The position numbers were made by a program, and so were the translations under genes. The notes beneath the pieces are model-generated. The model saw only the letters and a program-made list of their open reading frames with translations, did not search any database and was not told the DNA's origin. Positions 38,090 through 50,558 of a stretch of DNA of 64,000 bases are shown here, in pieces (positions within the stretch are counted from its first letter, which is position 1; every line of letters begins with the position of its first letter). The stretch is from Planctomycetota bacterium. Its GTDB lineage: Bacteria > Planctomycetota > MHYJ01 > WSZJ01. The stretch is from assembly GCA_038060895.1 (NCBI GenBank), contig JBBTCT010000020.1, positions 48,506-112,505 on the forward strand, in the 5' to 3' direction.

Positions 38090-39228
38090 TCTACTTCGAC
38101 AACAACGCGACCACTCCGCTCTGTCCCGAAGCCCTCGAAGCAGCCACAGCCGCGCTGCGCGATTGCTTCGGCAATCCCTCCTCGGCCCACGCCGCCGGCC
38201 GCAAGGCCAAAAAACTCCTCGCCGAAAGCCGCGAGAAAACCGCTTCCCTCATCGGCGCGAAACCGGACGAGATCGTGTTCACCGGAAGCGGTTCGGAGGC
38301 GGACCACCTGGCGATCCTGGGGACGTGGGAGACGGCGGCGCGGTGGAACAGCAAGAAGAAGCGGATCGTGGTGACGGGGATCGAGCACCCGGCGGTGAGG
38401 AAGACGGTGAAGAAGCTGGAAGAGGGGGGCGCGGACGTCGCGTGGGTGCCCCCGGGCCCGGGCGGGCGCGTCACGCCGGAGGCGATCGGGGACGCGCTGA
38501 CGCTCGATACGCTGCTGGTGACGATCATTCTCGCGCAGAACGAGACCGGCGTGATCCAGCCGGTCAAGGAGATCGCGGCGAGGGCGCACGCGTGCGGCGC
38601 GTACGTCCATACCGACGCCGTGCAGGCGATCGGCAAGATTCCGGTGAACGTGAACGACCTCGGAGTGGACATGCTCTCGATGGCGGCGCACAAGTTCCAC
38701 GGTCCCAAGGGCGTCGGCGCCCTCTACGTCCGCACCGGAACCCGCATCGGCGCGATCGCCCTCGGCGGCGGCCAGGAGCACGGCCTCCGCCCCGGCACCG
38801 AAAATCTCGCCGGCATCGCAGCGCTGGCCGCGGCGCTTGAAGCCGCGACGAAGACCCTCGACAAGGACGCCCCGCGCATCCGCGCCCTCCGCGACCGCGT
38901 CGCGGACGGCACGCTCAAGGCCTTCCCGTCCGCCCGCTGGAACGGAGACCGCGAGCACCTCCTCCCCAACACCGCCAGCCTCTCCTTCCCGAAGCTCAAG
39001 GCCGACATGCTCCTCCTCGCCCTCGACGTCGACGGAATCTGCGTCGCGACGGGAAGCGCCTGCCACTCCGGCGCGCTCGAGCCTTCCGAGATTCTCAAAG
39101 CCATGGGCCTCGACGACGAGGCCGCAAGAAGCTCGCTCCGCGTGTCGTTGTCCAGGTTCTCGGCGGAAGCGGACGTAAGCAAGTTCCTTGAAGTCCTCCC
39201 CGAAGTCCTGAAACGTATCCAGAAGTAA
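38086..39228 (+). CDS. iscS: Cysteine desulfurase (IscS/NifS group I)
   Basis: IYFDNNATT, GNPSS, HTDAVQ, AHKFHGPKG, TGSACHS; TTG start overlapping the upstream TGA. Confidence 0.9.
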   Translation: MIYFDNNATTPLCPEALEAATAALRDCFGNPSSAHAAGRKAKKLLAESREKTASLIGAKPDEIVFTGSGSEADHLAILGTWETAARWNSKKKRIVVTGIEHPAVRKTVKKLEEGGADVAWVPPGPGGRVTPEAIGDALTLDTLLVTIILAQNETGVIQPVKEIAARAHACGAYVHTDAVQAIGKIPVNVNDLGVDMLSMAAHKFHGPKGVGALYVRTGTRIGAIALGGGQEHGLRPGTENLAGIAALAAALEAATKTLDKDAPRIRALRDRVADGTLKAFPSARWNGDREHLLPNTASLSFPKLKADMLLLALDVDGICVATGSACHSGALEPSEILKAMGLDDEAARSSLRVSLSRFSAEADVSKFLEVLPEVLKRIQK

Positions 39229-39241
39229 TTTTCATTCGAAG

Positions 39242-39333
39242 CGCGCGAGTCGCGGACGCAGTCAGAAGCGGCCGGGGGGAGCGAGCGAAGCGAGCGATGT
39301 CCGGCCGCGAGGCCCGCGTCCGCGACTCGCGCG
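39242..39333. repeat. Hairpin element with 18-bp perfect outer arms and a GCGAAGC-containing centre
   Basis: cgcgcgagtcgcggacgc (39242-39259) pairs with gcgtccgcgactcgcgcg (39316-39333); inner gcggccgg/ccggccgc. Confidence 0.75.
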
Positions 39334-39335
39334 GT

Positions 39336-39350
39336 TCACGCACTGCGTCA
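39336..39350. promoter_or_regulatory. Palindrome copy 4, TCACGCA-C-TGCGTCA, next to the dnaA promoter
   Basis: One mismatch to the core; ends 3 bp before the -35 box. Confidence 0.7.
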
Positions 39351-39353
39351 AAT

Positions 39354-39382
39354 TTGACCTGCCCCAAATCCACTGCTAGATT
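39354..39382 (+). promoter_or_regulatory. Sigma70-type dnaA promoter
   Basis: TTGACC, 17-bp spacer, TAGATT with extended -10 TGn. Confidence 0.7.
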
Positions 39383-39466
39383 TCCCGCGCCAACACTGCC
39401 TGACACCTCGACTGACCGACGACGTCGAACCGCTTACCCACCTCACGACGCCCCCCAAAGGACGAT

Positions 39467-40837
39467 ATGCTCCCTTCTGATGGTGCCGTTTTGCGCGACC
39501 GCGTTTTCGCGGAACTGGCGCAGCGGCTTCCGGCAGACGAGTTCAAGGCTTGGTTCGATTCTTCAAAGGTCAGCCTCTCGGCCAACGGCGCTTCCTGCGA
39601 GCTCCAGGTCCGCAACGTCTTCATCGCGGAGCATTACGAGCGCAATTACCGCCGCGCGCTGGAAGAAGTTCTGTCCGCGGTGGCGGAGGGGCCGGTGAAA
39701 CTGGCGATCCGCGTGAACACGGACGGCGCGGCCGCCGCACGCGAGACGACCGGGACGCCGACGCCGCCGATCCTGCTCCCCGCGGTGCCGGTGCCCGCGG
39801 CCAACGGCCTCGTGCTCAACCCGAGCTACACGTTCGAAAACTTCGTGATCGGCCTGTCGAACCGGCTCGCGCACGCGGCCGCGACGTCCGTCGCCTCCGC
39901 GCCCGGCGCCGCGTACAACCCGCTCTTCCTCTACGGGTCGGTCGGGCTCGGCAAGACTCACCTCCTCCAGGCAATCTGCCACTCGCTTCTCGCGAAACAG
40001 CCCGGCCTGAACATCAGCTACCTGTCGTGCGAGGAGTTTGTGAACGACTACATCGCCTCCGTTCAGAACATGAAAGAACTCGAAGGGTTTCGCGCAAGGA
40101 TGCGCGGCGTCGACGTCCTGCTGATCGACGACATCCATTTCCTCGCGGGCAAGGAAGGCTCGCAGGAAGAGTTCTTCCACACGTTCAACACGCTTCACAA
40201 TGCGTCGAAGCAGATCATCCTGTGCTCGGACGCGCCTCCGAAGGACATCCCGACGCTCGAGGACCGGCTGATGACGCGGTTCTCGATGGGCCTGGTCGCG
40301 CGGATCGACACGCCGACGTTCGAGACTCGCGTCGCGATTCTGAAGAAGAAAGCGGAAGCACGCGGCACTCCGTTCCCGGAGGACGTGTACTTCTTCGTCG
40401 CGCAGAACATCGAGTCGAACATCCGCGAGCTCGAAGGCGCGGTGACGAAAGTCGCGGCCTACGCTTCGCTGCTGAACCGCCCGATCGACCTCGAGGTGGC
40501 CCGTGAAGCGCTCCGGGATGCCCTGGAAGTCGCCTCGGCTCCGGTGTCGATCGTCGAGATCCAGGCGATCGTCTGCCGCAAGCTGGGCGTGAAGACGGCG
40601 GACCTGCAGTCGAAGAGCCGGACGAAGTCGCTTTCCCGGGCGAGGCAGGTCGGCATTTATCTCGCCCGCACGATGACGACCGCTTCGCAAACGGACATCG
40701 GAAATGCCTTCGGCGGGCGCGACCATTCGACCGTTTCGTACGCGTTCGACACGATGAAGGAACTGCTCGAGAACGACCCGACTTTCCGCAATTTCATGGA
40801 GCAATTGGCCGACGAAATCCGCAAAAGCAAGCTGTAG
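39467..40837 (+). CDS. dnaA: Chromosomal replication initiator DnaA
   Basis: YTFENFV, YNPLFLYGSVGLGKTHL, LLIDDI, QEEFFHTFN, NIRELEGA, FGGRDHSTV. Confidence 0.98.
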   Translation: MLPSDGAVLRDRVFAELAQRLPADEFKAWFDSSKVSLSANGASCELQVRNVFIAEHYERNYRRALEEVLSAVAEGPVKLAIRVNTDGAAAARETTGTPTPPILLPAVPVPAANGLVLNPSYTFENFVIGLSNRLAHAAATSVASAPGAAYNPLFLYGSVGLGKTHLLQAICHSLLAKQPGLNISYLSCEEFVNDYIASVQNMKELEGFRARMRGVDVLLIDDIHFLAGKEGSQEEFFHTFNTLHNASKQIILCSDAPPKDIPTLEDRLMTRFSMGLVARIDTPTFETRVAILKKKAEARGTPFPEDVYFFVAQNIESNIRELEGAVTKVAAYASLLNRPIDLEVAREALRDALEVASAPVSIVEIQAIVCRKLGVKTADLQSKSRTKSLSRARQVGIYLARTMTTASQTDIGNAFGGRDHSTVSYAFDTMKELLENDPTFRNFMEQLADEIRKSKL

Positions 40838-41116
40838 AGAAGTCCCCGGAAGACCGTTGGACGGTGCCGGACAGTTGTTGAAAGAATGTGGAAGAGCGGA
40901 ACGCAGATCGCCGGCTTCCACGGCATTCAGTGAGGTCTCCCGGGAGCTTTGAGGGGGTTCAGGGGAGCTTGGACGTCGAAGCGCCGGGACGCAGGGCGTT
41001 GGCGCTTCGGGAGTTCAGGCAGGTTCGGGAGATGTTTTCAACGCTTCCCGGCCGCCTATGACGAAGGTGAAGAGTTTTCTAATAAGAAAGACACATAAAG
41101 AGAACGGAGCCCGGCC
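40838..41116. other. Probable oriC (dnaA-dnaN spacer)
   Basis: Degenerate DnaA boxes TGTTGAAAG (40876), TGTGGAAGA (40887) and TTTTCAACG (41035); GC-rich run, trio-like tat-gac-gaa-ggt-gaa-gag, then AT-rich ttttctaataagaaagacacataaag. Confidence 0.65.
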
Positions 41117-42364
41117 ATGCGTTTCCGATGCAAGCGCGCTGATCTCGCCCAGGCGGTCGCGGTCGTAGCCTCTGCAGTTCCGGCAAGGACCAGCGTGCCG
41201 ATCCTCCAGAACATCAAAGTCACCGCGGCGGACGGCGAGCTGATGCTCACCGCGACGGACCTCGAAATGGGATTGCGCTATTCGGTCCGCGACGTGGGAA
41301 TCCAGAAATCCGGCGCGGCGGTGCTTCCGGCGCAGAAGCTGAACCAGATCGTGCGCGACATCCGCGACGACGAAGTGAAATTCGACGTCGACGGGAAGCT
41401 CTGCTCGATCGAGATCGAGGGCGGGCAGTTCAAGCTGACGGGCGCGGACCCGCAGGACTTCCCGCAATTCCCGGAGTTCGACGACAAGAAAGCCGTGCGC
41501 ATCAACGTCGACGATTTCCGCGACATGGTTCGCAAGACGGCGTTCGCGGTGTCGAGCGAGCCGAGCCGGTACGCGCTGACGGGCGTACTTTTCGTGATCC
41601 GCGAAAACGAAGCGCGGATGGTCGGCACCGACGGCAAGCGTCTCGCCTACGCAAAGAAAAAGATCAAGGGCGGCCCGAAAGACGAAGTGAAGGTCATCGT
41701 TCCCCCGAAGGCGCTTCACCTGGTCGAGAGAATCATCGCCGAGGGCGACGAGGAGATCGCGTTCGAGTTCGAAGAAACGCAGATGAAGGCGAAGACGAGC
41801 GCAGGGACGCTTTTCGCACGTCTCGTCGAGGGTTCCTTCCCGAATTACGAGGACGTCATCCCCGGCGACCCCGACAAGAAAGTCCAGGTCAACCCCAGCG
41901 AGCTCGAGTACCGCCTGCGTCTCGCGACGAGCATGACCGACGACAAGAGCCGCGCGGTGAAGTTCCAGTTGTCCAAGGACAAGCTGAAACTGTTCGCGCG
42001 GCGGATCACAGGCGAAGCCGGCGAGGCGAGCCACGAAGTCGCCGTGAAGTACGCAGGCCCCGACTTCGAGATCTCCTTCAACCCGGACTTCTTCATCGAT
42101 TTCCTGAAGGTCGTCGCGGGAGGCAGGCCGGACGTGGAGAACTCCGAGGCGGACACGAAGGTCGAAGCGCGCGCGGAGGCGAAGGCCGAAAAGGCGAAGG
42201 GCAAGAAGGCCGCGAAGGACGAGAAGCCCAAGGCGCCACCGCCAGAGGCCGCAGAAACGCCGAGCATGATCACGCTGGACCTCCGCGACAAGTTGACCGC
42301 GGGAGTCATCAGGGCGGGGCGGGACTACATCTACCTGGTTATGCCGTTGACGATTGACGTCTAG
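41117..42364 (+). CDS. dnaN: DNA polymerase III beta clamp
   Basis: PILQNI, ATDLEM, DFPQFP, RYALTGV, GTDGKRLA, EGSFPNY, YLVMP. Confidence 0.97.
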   Translation: MRFRCKRADLAQAVAVVASAVPARTSVPILQNIKVTAADGELMLTATDLEMGLRYSVRDVGIQKSGAAVLPAQKLNQIVRDIRDDEVKFDVDGKLCSIEIEGGQFKLTGADPQDFPQFPEFDDKKAVRINVDDFRDMVRKTAFAVSSEPSRYALTGVLFVIRENEARMVGTDGKRLAYAKKKIKGGPKDEVKVIVPPKALHLVERIIAEGDEEIAFEFEETQMKAKTSAGTLFARLVEGSFPNYEDVIPGDPDKKVQVNPSELEYRLRLATSMTDDKSRAVKFQLSKDKLKLFARRITGEAGEASHEVAVKYAGPDFEISFNPDFFIDFLKVVAGGRPDVENSEADTKVEARAEAKAEKAKGKKAAKDEKPKAPPPEAAETPSMITLDLRDKLTAGVIRAGRDYIYLVMPLTIDV

Positions 42365-42379
42365 TGGCTGGAGGTTCCT

Positions 42380-42544
42380 GTGACCGGCTCTCCCGATGCT
42401 CCTGCTGAGAATGGCGATCCCTTCAGCAACGCCGCGCGAGCATTAGAGAGCCTTTTGAAGGCCGAAGAGCTTCTCCGTCTACCAGACGTCGATCGCGTCA
42501 GCCTGTTCAAGAAGGCCTTTCGCAGTTCGGGGAGGACTTCATGA
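42380..42544 (+). CDS. Small hypothetical protein (54 aa)
   Basis: GGAGG SD, GTG start, VTGSPDAPAENGDPFSNAARALESLLKAEELLRLPDVDRVSLFKKAFRSSGRTS. Confidence 0.4.
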   Translation: MTGSPDAPAENGDPFSNAARALESLLKAEELLRLPDVDRVSLFKKAFRSSGRTS

Positions 42545-42565
42545 GGCGGCCGAACGGATCCTGAA

Positions 42566-43117
42566 TCAGCACTTCAGCGCCCGCGACACGAATCCCCAGA
42601 TGCCAAGTTTGCGCGCCCATCTTTCGATGTATCTCTTGTTGAGCTTCTGGGACGCCGCAATAGATGCGATGGCCAGGTGGTCCTTTTCGCGTCGCCCCAG
42701 GCCTTTGAAGAGCACCAAGTCAGTTGGCGAAAGAATGGGATGCCTCTCGCCGCCCAGTTCAACTTCTCCCGTTCGTGCGAGCGCGGAAGCCGTGAAATTG
42801 CGATCCGCAATGAGGAGGTCCATCACCGTGCCCTGGGGCGAAGTGACGAGTCGAATCATCCGCACCTTCGGAAATTCCAGGTCGCTTCCATGGAAACAGC
42901 GGATTCCACTTTGGGACGATATCGACTCAGCCACCCTTTCCGCTGAGAAGTCCATGTCTAGCGGGATCAGGACGGCGACATACACGTCGTAGGTAACCCG
43001 AAGCTGGTCCTTTGAAACCCACGCGTTTGTCGCAAGCCCTCCCGCAAGTGCGGCAGGAATGCCGGCATCGCGCAGGGCGCGGAGAAGCGCCGCGGCGATG
43101 GGTTCAAGCTCTGCCAC
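42566..43117 (-). CDS. Pol-beta-superfamily nucleotidyltransferase-like protein (DUF6036/AbiEii-like)
   Basis: GIPAALAGGLA...R.TYDVY, DLVLFKGLGRREKD, YIERWARKLG; AGGAG SD before GTG 43117. Confidence 0.7.
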   Translation of the reverse strand: MAELEPIAAALLRALRDAGIPAALAGGLATNAWVSKDQLRVTYDVYVAVLIPLDMDFSAERVAESISSQSGIRCFHGSDLEFPKVRMIRLVTSPQGTVMDLLIADRNFTASALARTGEVELGGERHPILSPTDLVLFKGLGRREKDHLAIASIAASQKLNKRYIERWARKLGIWGFVSRALKC

Positions 43118-43265
43118 CCGGTCTCCTGAGGGTTGCCGTGGCGCGGATTTTCCGCGAAATCGACTCCAGCTCACTCATCAGGGCATCAATCTCCCGCACG
43201 CTGCGGACAGCGCACAACTTTGCTTTGCCCGATGTTCGACACGTTGCCCGGGGCCTCTTCTTCAT
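43104..43265 (-). CDS. Small basic protein (53 aa) overlapping the nucleotidyltransferase start
   Basis: MKKRPRATCRTSGKAKLCAVRSVREIDALMSELESISRKIRATATLRRPGGRA; overlap suggests translational coupling. Confidence 0.45.
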   Translation of the reverse strand: MKKRPRATCRTSGKAKLCAVRSVREIDALMSELESISRKIRATATLRRPGGRA

Positions 43266-43350
43266 GCGACCACTGTAGCCCGGCTGGTTTACCGATTCAA
43301 TCTCAACGCTGGACCAACCCCACGGGTCGTGTGATACGGTAGCCCCCCCC

Positions 43351-47471
<4,121 letters not shown>

Positions 47472-47476
47472 GAAAA

Positions 47477-47597
47477 GTGACGAGACGCTGAAACGCGCCG
47501 AAACAGCGCACTGAAAGGCGCTGCAAGGCCGTTCTTACAGCGCTTTTCCGCGGCCGCTTCAGCGCTTTTCAGCGTTCCCGCACTTTCCCTTCCTGGA
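47477..47597. repeat. Imperfect inverted repeat of CGCTGAAA-like units after gyrB
   Basis: acgctgaaacgcgccgaaacagcgcactgaaaggcgctg faces cagcgcttttccgcggccgcttcagcgcttttcagcgt. Confidence 0.6.
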
Positions 47598-47608
47598 AGA
47601 ACTTCCCC

Positions 47609-48127
47609 ATGGGCGTTCGTGACCACAAGAAGCACGCCGGCGACTTCCGGGCCACCTGCGCGGTCATCACGACCAGCGACACCCGCACCGAGCGCACCGA
47701 CGAGTCCGGCCGCGTTGCCACCGAACTCCTCGAACGCGCCGGCCACCGCGTGACCTCCCGCGACCTCATCCCCAACAACCTCGCGAAAATCCGAGGGGCC
47801 ATCCGGCGCCGCCTGAAGTCCGCCGACCTCGTCCTCGTCACCGGCGGCACCGGCGCCGGCCCGAAGGACGTTTCGATCCAGGCCGCGACTTCCCTGTTCG
47901 ACCGGGAACTTCCCGGATTCGGCGAGCTGTTCCGGATGCTGAGCTACGGGGAAATCGGAAGCGCGGCCATGCTGTCGCGCGCTTCACTGGGCCTCGTGAA
48001 GGGACGCGCGATCTGCGTCACGCCCGGGTCGCCGAAGGCCGTGCGGCTCGCGCTTCAGAAGCTGTTGATCCCGGAGCTTGCGCACCTGTTGTCGCAGGCG
48101 CGGGCGCCGCGCGGAGTTGCAAGATAG
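47609..48127 (+). CDS. moaB: Molybdopterin adenylyltransferase, MoaB/Mog family
   Basis: ITTSD..D.SG, TGGTGAGPKD, LPGFGELFR, AMLSRA, PGSP. Confidence 0.88.
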   Translation: MGVRDHKKHAGDFRATCAVITTSDTRTERTDESGRVATELLERAGHRVTSRDLIPNNLAKIRGAIRRRLKSADLVLVTGGTGAGPKDVSIQAATSLFDRELPGFGELFRMLSYGEIGSAAMLSRASLGLVKGRAICVTPGSPKAVRLALQKLLIPELAHLLSQARAPRGVAR

Positions 48128-48162
48128 AAATCGATTTCTAATCTGCAAGGACGGCGCGCGGC

Positions 48163-49344
48163 CTACCACTTCTCCAGGTAGTTCCTCCCCGACCCGCGAT
48201 TCAACCGCCAGAGCTGCGTGAGCCACCTCGGATGCCGCGCCGTGATTTCGAGGAGCGGCGGCGCGTCGTGAGATCTTCGGATGGCGACGATTCCAGGCGT
48301 CGGCGCCGGAGTGAAAAACGCTGACAGGATCCCGCCGAGCCGCGAGCGGTTGCAGCCGCCGCAGGCGGGGACGAAGAGGCTGCCGAAGGCGTGAGGGACT
48401 TCGAGAGCGGAAGCGGCGGCTTCGCCGCAGCCGGGGCAGAAATCGGGGAGAGCCGGCTGGAGCGTTTTCAGCCGCACCCACGCTTCCGTCTCCCCCGCCG
48501 TCACGAAGAGCGAAGGCCCCGCTTCGGATGATCCGCCGGGCAGCGACACGAACCCGAGCCTCGTGCGGAACTCATCGACGGGAACGCGGACGCGCACGCC
48601 GACGGGATCGACGCAGTGCATGGAGGAGGCGTCGGAGCGCTCGACGAGGAGGCGGTGCATCATCTTCTCTTTGCGGAGGGAGACCGGGACGTGGTCGCCC
48701 TTCGACGTGGCGCGCGCGATCAGGGCGACCGCGTCGGCACAGTTGCCGCTTCCGACCTCAAGAGTGTCCCAGAGGCGGCCGGTGACCGCTTCGATGAGGA
48801 CGTCGAACTGGTCGGGATAGAGGCCGGCGTAGGCGGGGCCATCGTCGCGGGTGCTCTGGTCGGAGGCGTTGGAGTAGCGGTCGTCGCCGTTGGCGAAGTC
48901 CATGAAGGCGGACTGGAGGAGGCGGGAGCTGGGGGAGCGGCCGGACTGGTCGGGGCGGACGGATTCGCCGTGGCGCTGGAGGAAGGGGCCGCCGGCGAGG
49001 GGGACGCGGCCGCTGTACGAGGCGAGGCCGGCGACGAGGCGGGCGTACTCGGCGGGTTCGCGGAGGGCGAGCCAGAGCTGGACGGTGGCGGCGGCACAGG
49101 TGGACCAGGACTTCTGGTCGACGGAGCCGGGGTCGAGGAGTTCGCGGAGGACGCCGCCGACGAGTTCGAGGCGGTTGAGGCCGGGGACGATGACCTGCGA
49201 AGCCAGCGCACCGAGGTGGTCGCGCACGGTCCCGTGTCCCGCGGCGTCGCGCCGGCCGGCGGCGGCGTAGCGGCGCTCGAGGTCCTGCAGGTCCTCGGCG
49301 AGGCCGGGGCCGAGGGCGCGAAGAGATTCCAGCGGCGAAGGCAT
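48163..49344 (-). CDS. Hypothetical protein with papain-like (C39-type) motifs and C-terminal Zn ribbon
   Basis: DQKSWSTCAAATVQ...PAEYARLVAGLA...MHRLLV...CVDPVG; CPGC...CGGC. Confidence 0.6.
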   Translation of the reverse strand: MPSPLESLRALGPGLAEDLQDLERRYAAAGRRDAAGHGTVRDHLGALASQVIVPGLNRLELVGGVLRELLDPGSVDQKSWSTCAAATVQLWLALREPAEYARLVAGLASYSGRVPLAGGPFLQRHGESVRPDQSGRSPSSRLLQSAFMDFANGDDRYSNASDQSTRDDGPAYAGLYPDQFDVLIEAVTGRLWDTLEVGSGNCADAVALIARATSKGDHVPVSLRKEKMMHRLLVERSDASSMHCVDPVGVRVRVPVDEFRTRLGFVSLPGGSSEAGPSLFVTAGETEAWVRLKTLQPALPDFCPGCGEAAASALEVPHAFGSLFVPACGGCNRSRLGGILSAFFTPAPTPGIVAIRRSHDAPPLLEITARHPRWLTQLWRLNRGSGRNYLEKW

Positions 49345-49346
49345 GG

Positions 49347-50558
49347 TTACCCGATGACCCGCTCGACTTCATCGAGCGAAGTGATGCCCTCGTTCACGCG
49401 TTCGAGGGCGGCGAAGAGGATGGGGACGGAGCCGTCGGCCTGGGCGGCCTTGCGGAGTTCGGCTTCCGGGGCTCGACCGGCGACGAGGGGGCGGAGGCGG
49501 TCGGTCATGCGGACGAGCTCGAAGACGCCGATGCGGCCCTTGTAGCCGGAGCCGCCGCAGTCCTGGCAGCGGCCGGCGGTGTAGATCTGGGCCTTGATGA
49601 ACGATCTCAGCGGGTGGTCCTTGTATTCATGCTCGTGGACGGGCTTGCGGCAACGCTTGCAGAGGACGCGGACGAGGCGCTGGGCGAGGGCGAAGTTGAG
49701 GACGTCGGCGATGAGGTGCGGCTCGACGCCGAGGTCGGAGAGGCGGGTCACCGTGCCGAGCGCGTCGCGCGAGTGGACCGTCGAGAGGACGAGGTGGCCG
49801 GTGAGGCCGGACTGGAGGGCGATGGAAGCGGTCTCGGAGTCGCGGATTTCGCCGATCATGAGGACGTTGGGGTCCTGGCGCAAGGCGTTGCGAAGCGCCC
49901 CCGCGAACGTCAGCCCGGCGGCGGCGTTGACCGCGACGTGCGTGACGTACTCCAGCCGCGTTTCGACGGGGTCCTCGATCGCGATCACGTTCCGGCGCTT
50001 GCGGTCGACGGCGCGGAGCATGCAATGAAGCGTCGTGGACTTGCCGCTCCCGGTCGGGCCGCTGACGACGAGCATCCCCTGCGAGCGGGCGAGGAAGGCG
50101 CGCAGATCGTTCTCGCCGCGCGGGGTGAGGCCGAGTTTCGTCAGGTCCGTCGTGGCGGACTCCGCTTCGAGGATCCGGATCGCGAGTTTTTCGCCGCCGA
50201 TCTCCTCGAGGGTCGAGACGCGCATCTCGACGGCGCGGCCCTTGACGGAGGCGGTGAAGGAACCGTCCTGAAGCGGGTTCTTGCCGGCGATATCGAGGTC
50301 GCAGAGGACTTTGATGGCCGAAACGAGCCGGGTTCCGGTCTCCTTGTCGAGATGCGCGACGTCCCGCAGGAACCCGTCCACCCGGGCGCGGACCCGGACG
50401 CGATTCCCGTCCGGCTCGAGGTGCAGGTCCGAAGCGCGGATTTCGAGCGCGTCGCCGATCATCCGCCGGAGCTGCAGTCCGATCGGGCTGGTGTCCGCGC
50501 CCGAGAATGCCTGCTCGCCGGACTTTTTCAGGATCACGATGTCTTCGGGCTGGATCAT
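49347..50558 (-). CDS. GspE/PulE-family ATPase, paralogue of 31194-32405
   Basis: ASDLHLEP, GPTGSGKSTTL, EDPVE, LRQDPNVLMIGEIRD, TGHLVLSTVH, two CxxC; ATG overlaps the upstream TGA. Confidence 0.92.
   Translation of the reverse strand: MIQPEDIVILKKSGEQAFSGADTSPIGLQLRRMIGDALEIRASDLHLEPDGNRVRVRARVDGFLRDVAHLDKETGTRLVSAIKVLCDLDIAGKNPLQDGSFTASVKGRAVEMRVSTLEEIGGEKLAIRILEAESATTDLTKLGLTPRGENDLRAFLARSQGMLVVSGPTGSGKSTTLHCMLRAVDRKRRNVIAIEDPVETRLEYVTHVAVNAAAGLTFAGALRNALRQDPNVLMIGEIRDSETASIALQSGLTGHLVLSTVHSRDALGTVTRLSDLGVEPHLIADVLNFALAQRLVRVLCKRCRKPVHEHEYKDHPLRSFIKAQIYTAGRCQDCGGSGYKGRIGVFELVRMTDRLRPLVAGRAPEAELRKAAQADGSVPILFAALERVNEGITSLDEVERVIG

Noticed and set aside
48610-48624. Additional palindrome copy CGACGCAGTGCATGG
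   Set aside because: Four mismatches; only the central part matches
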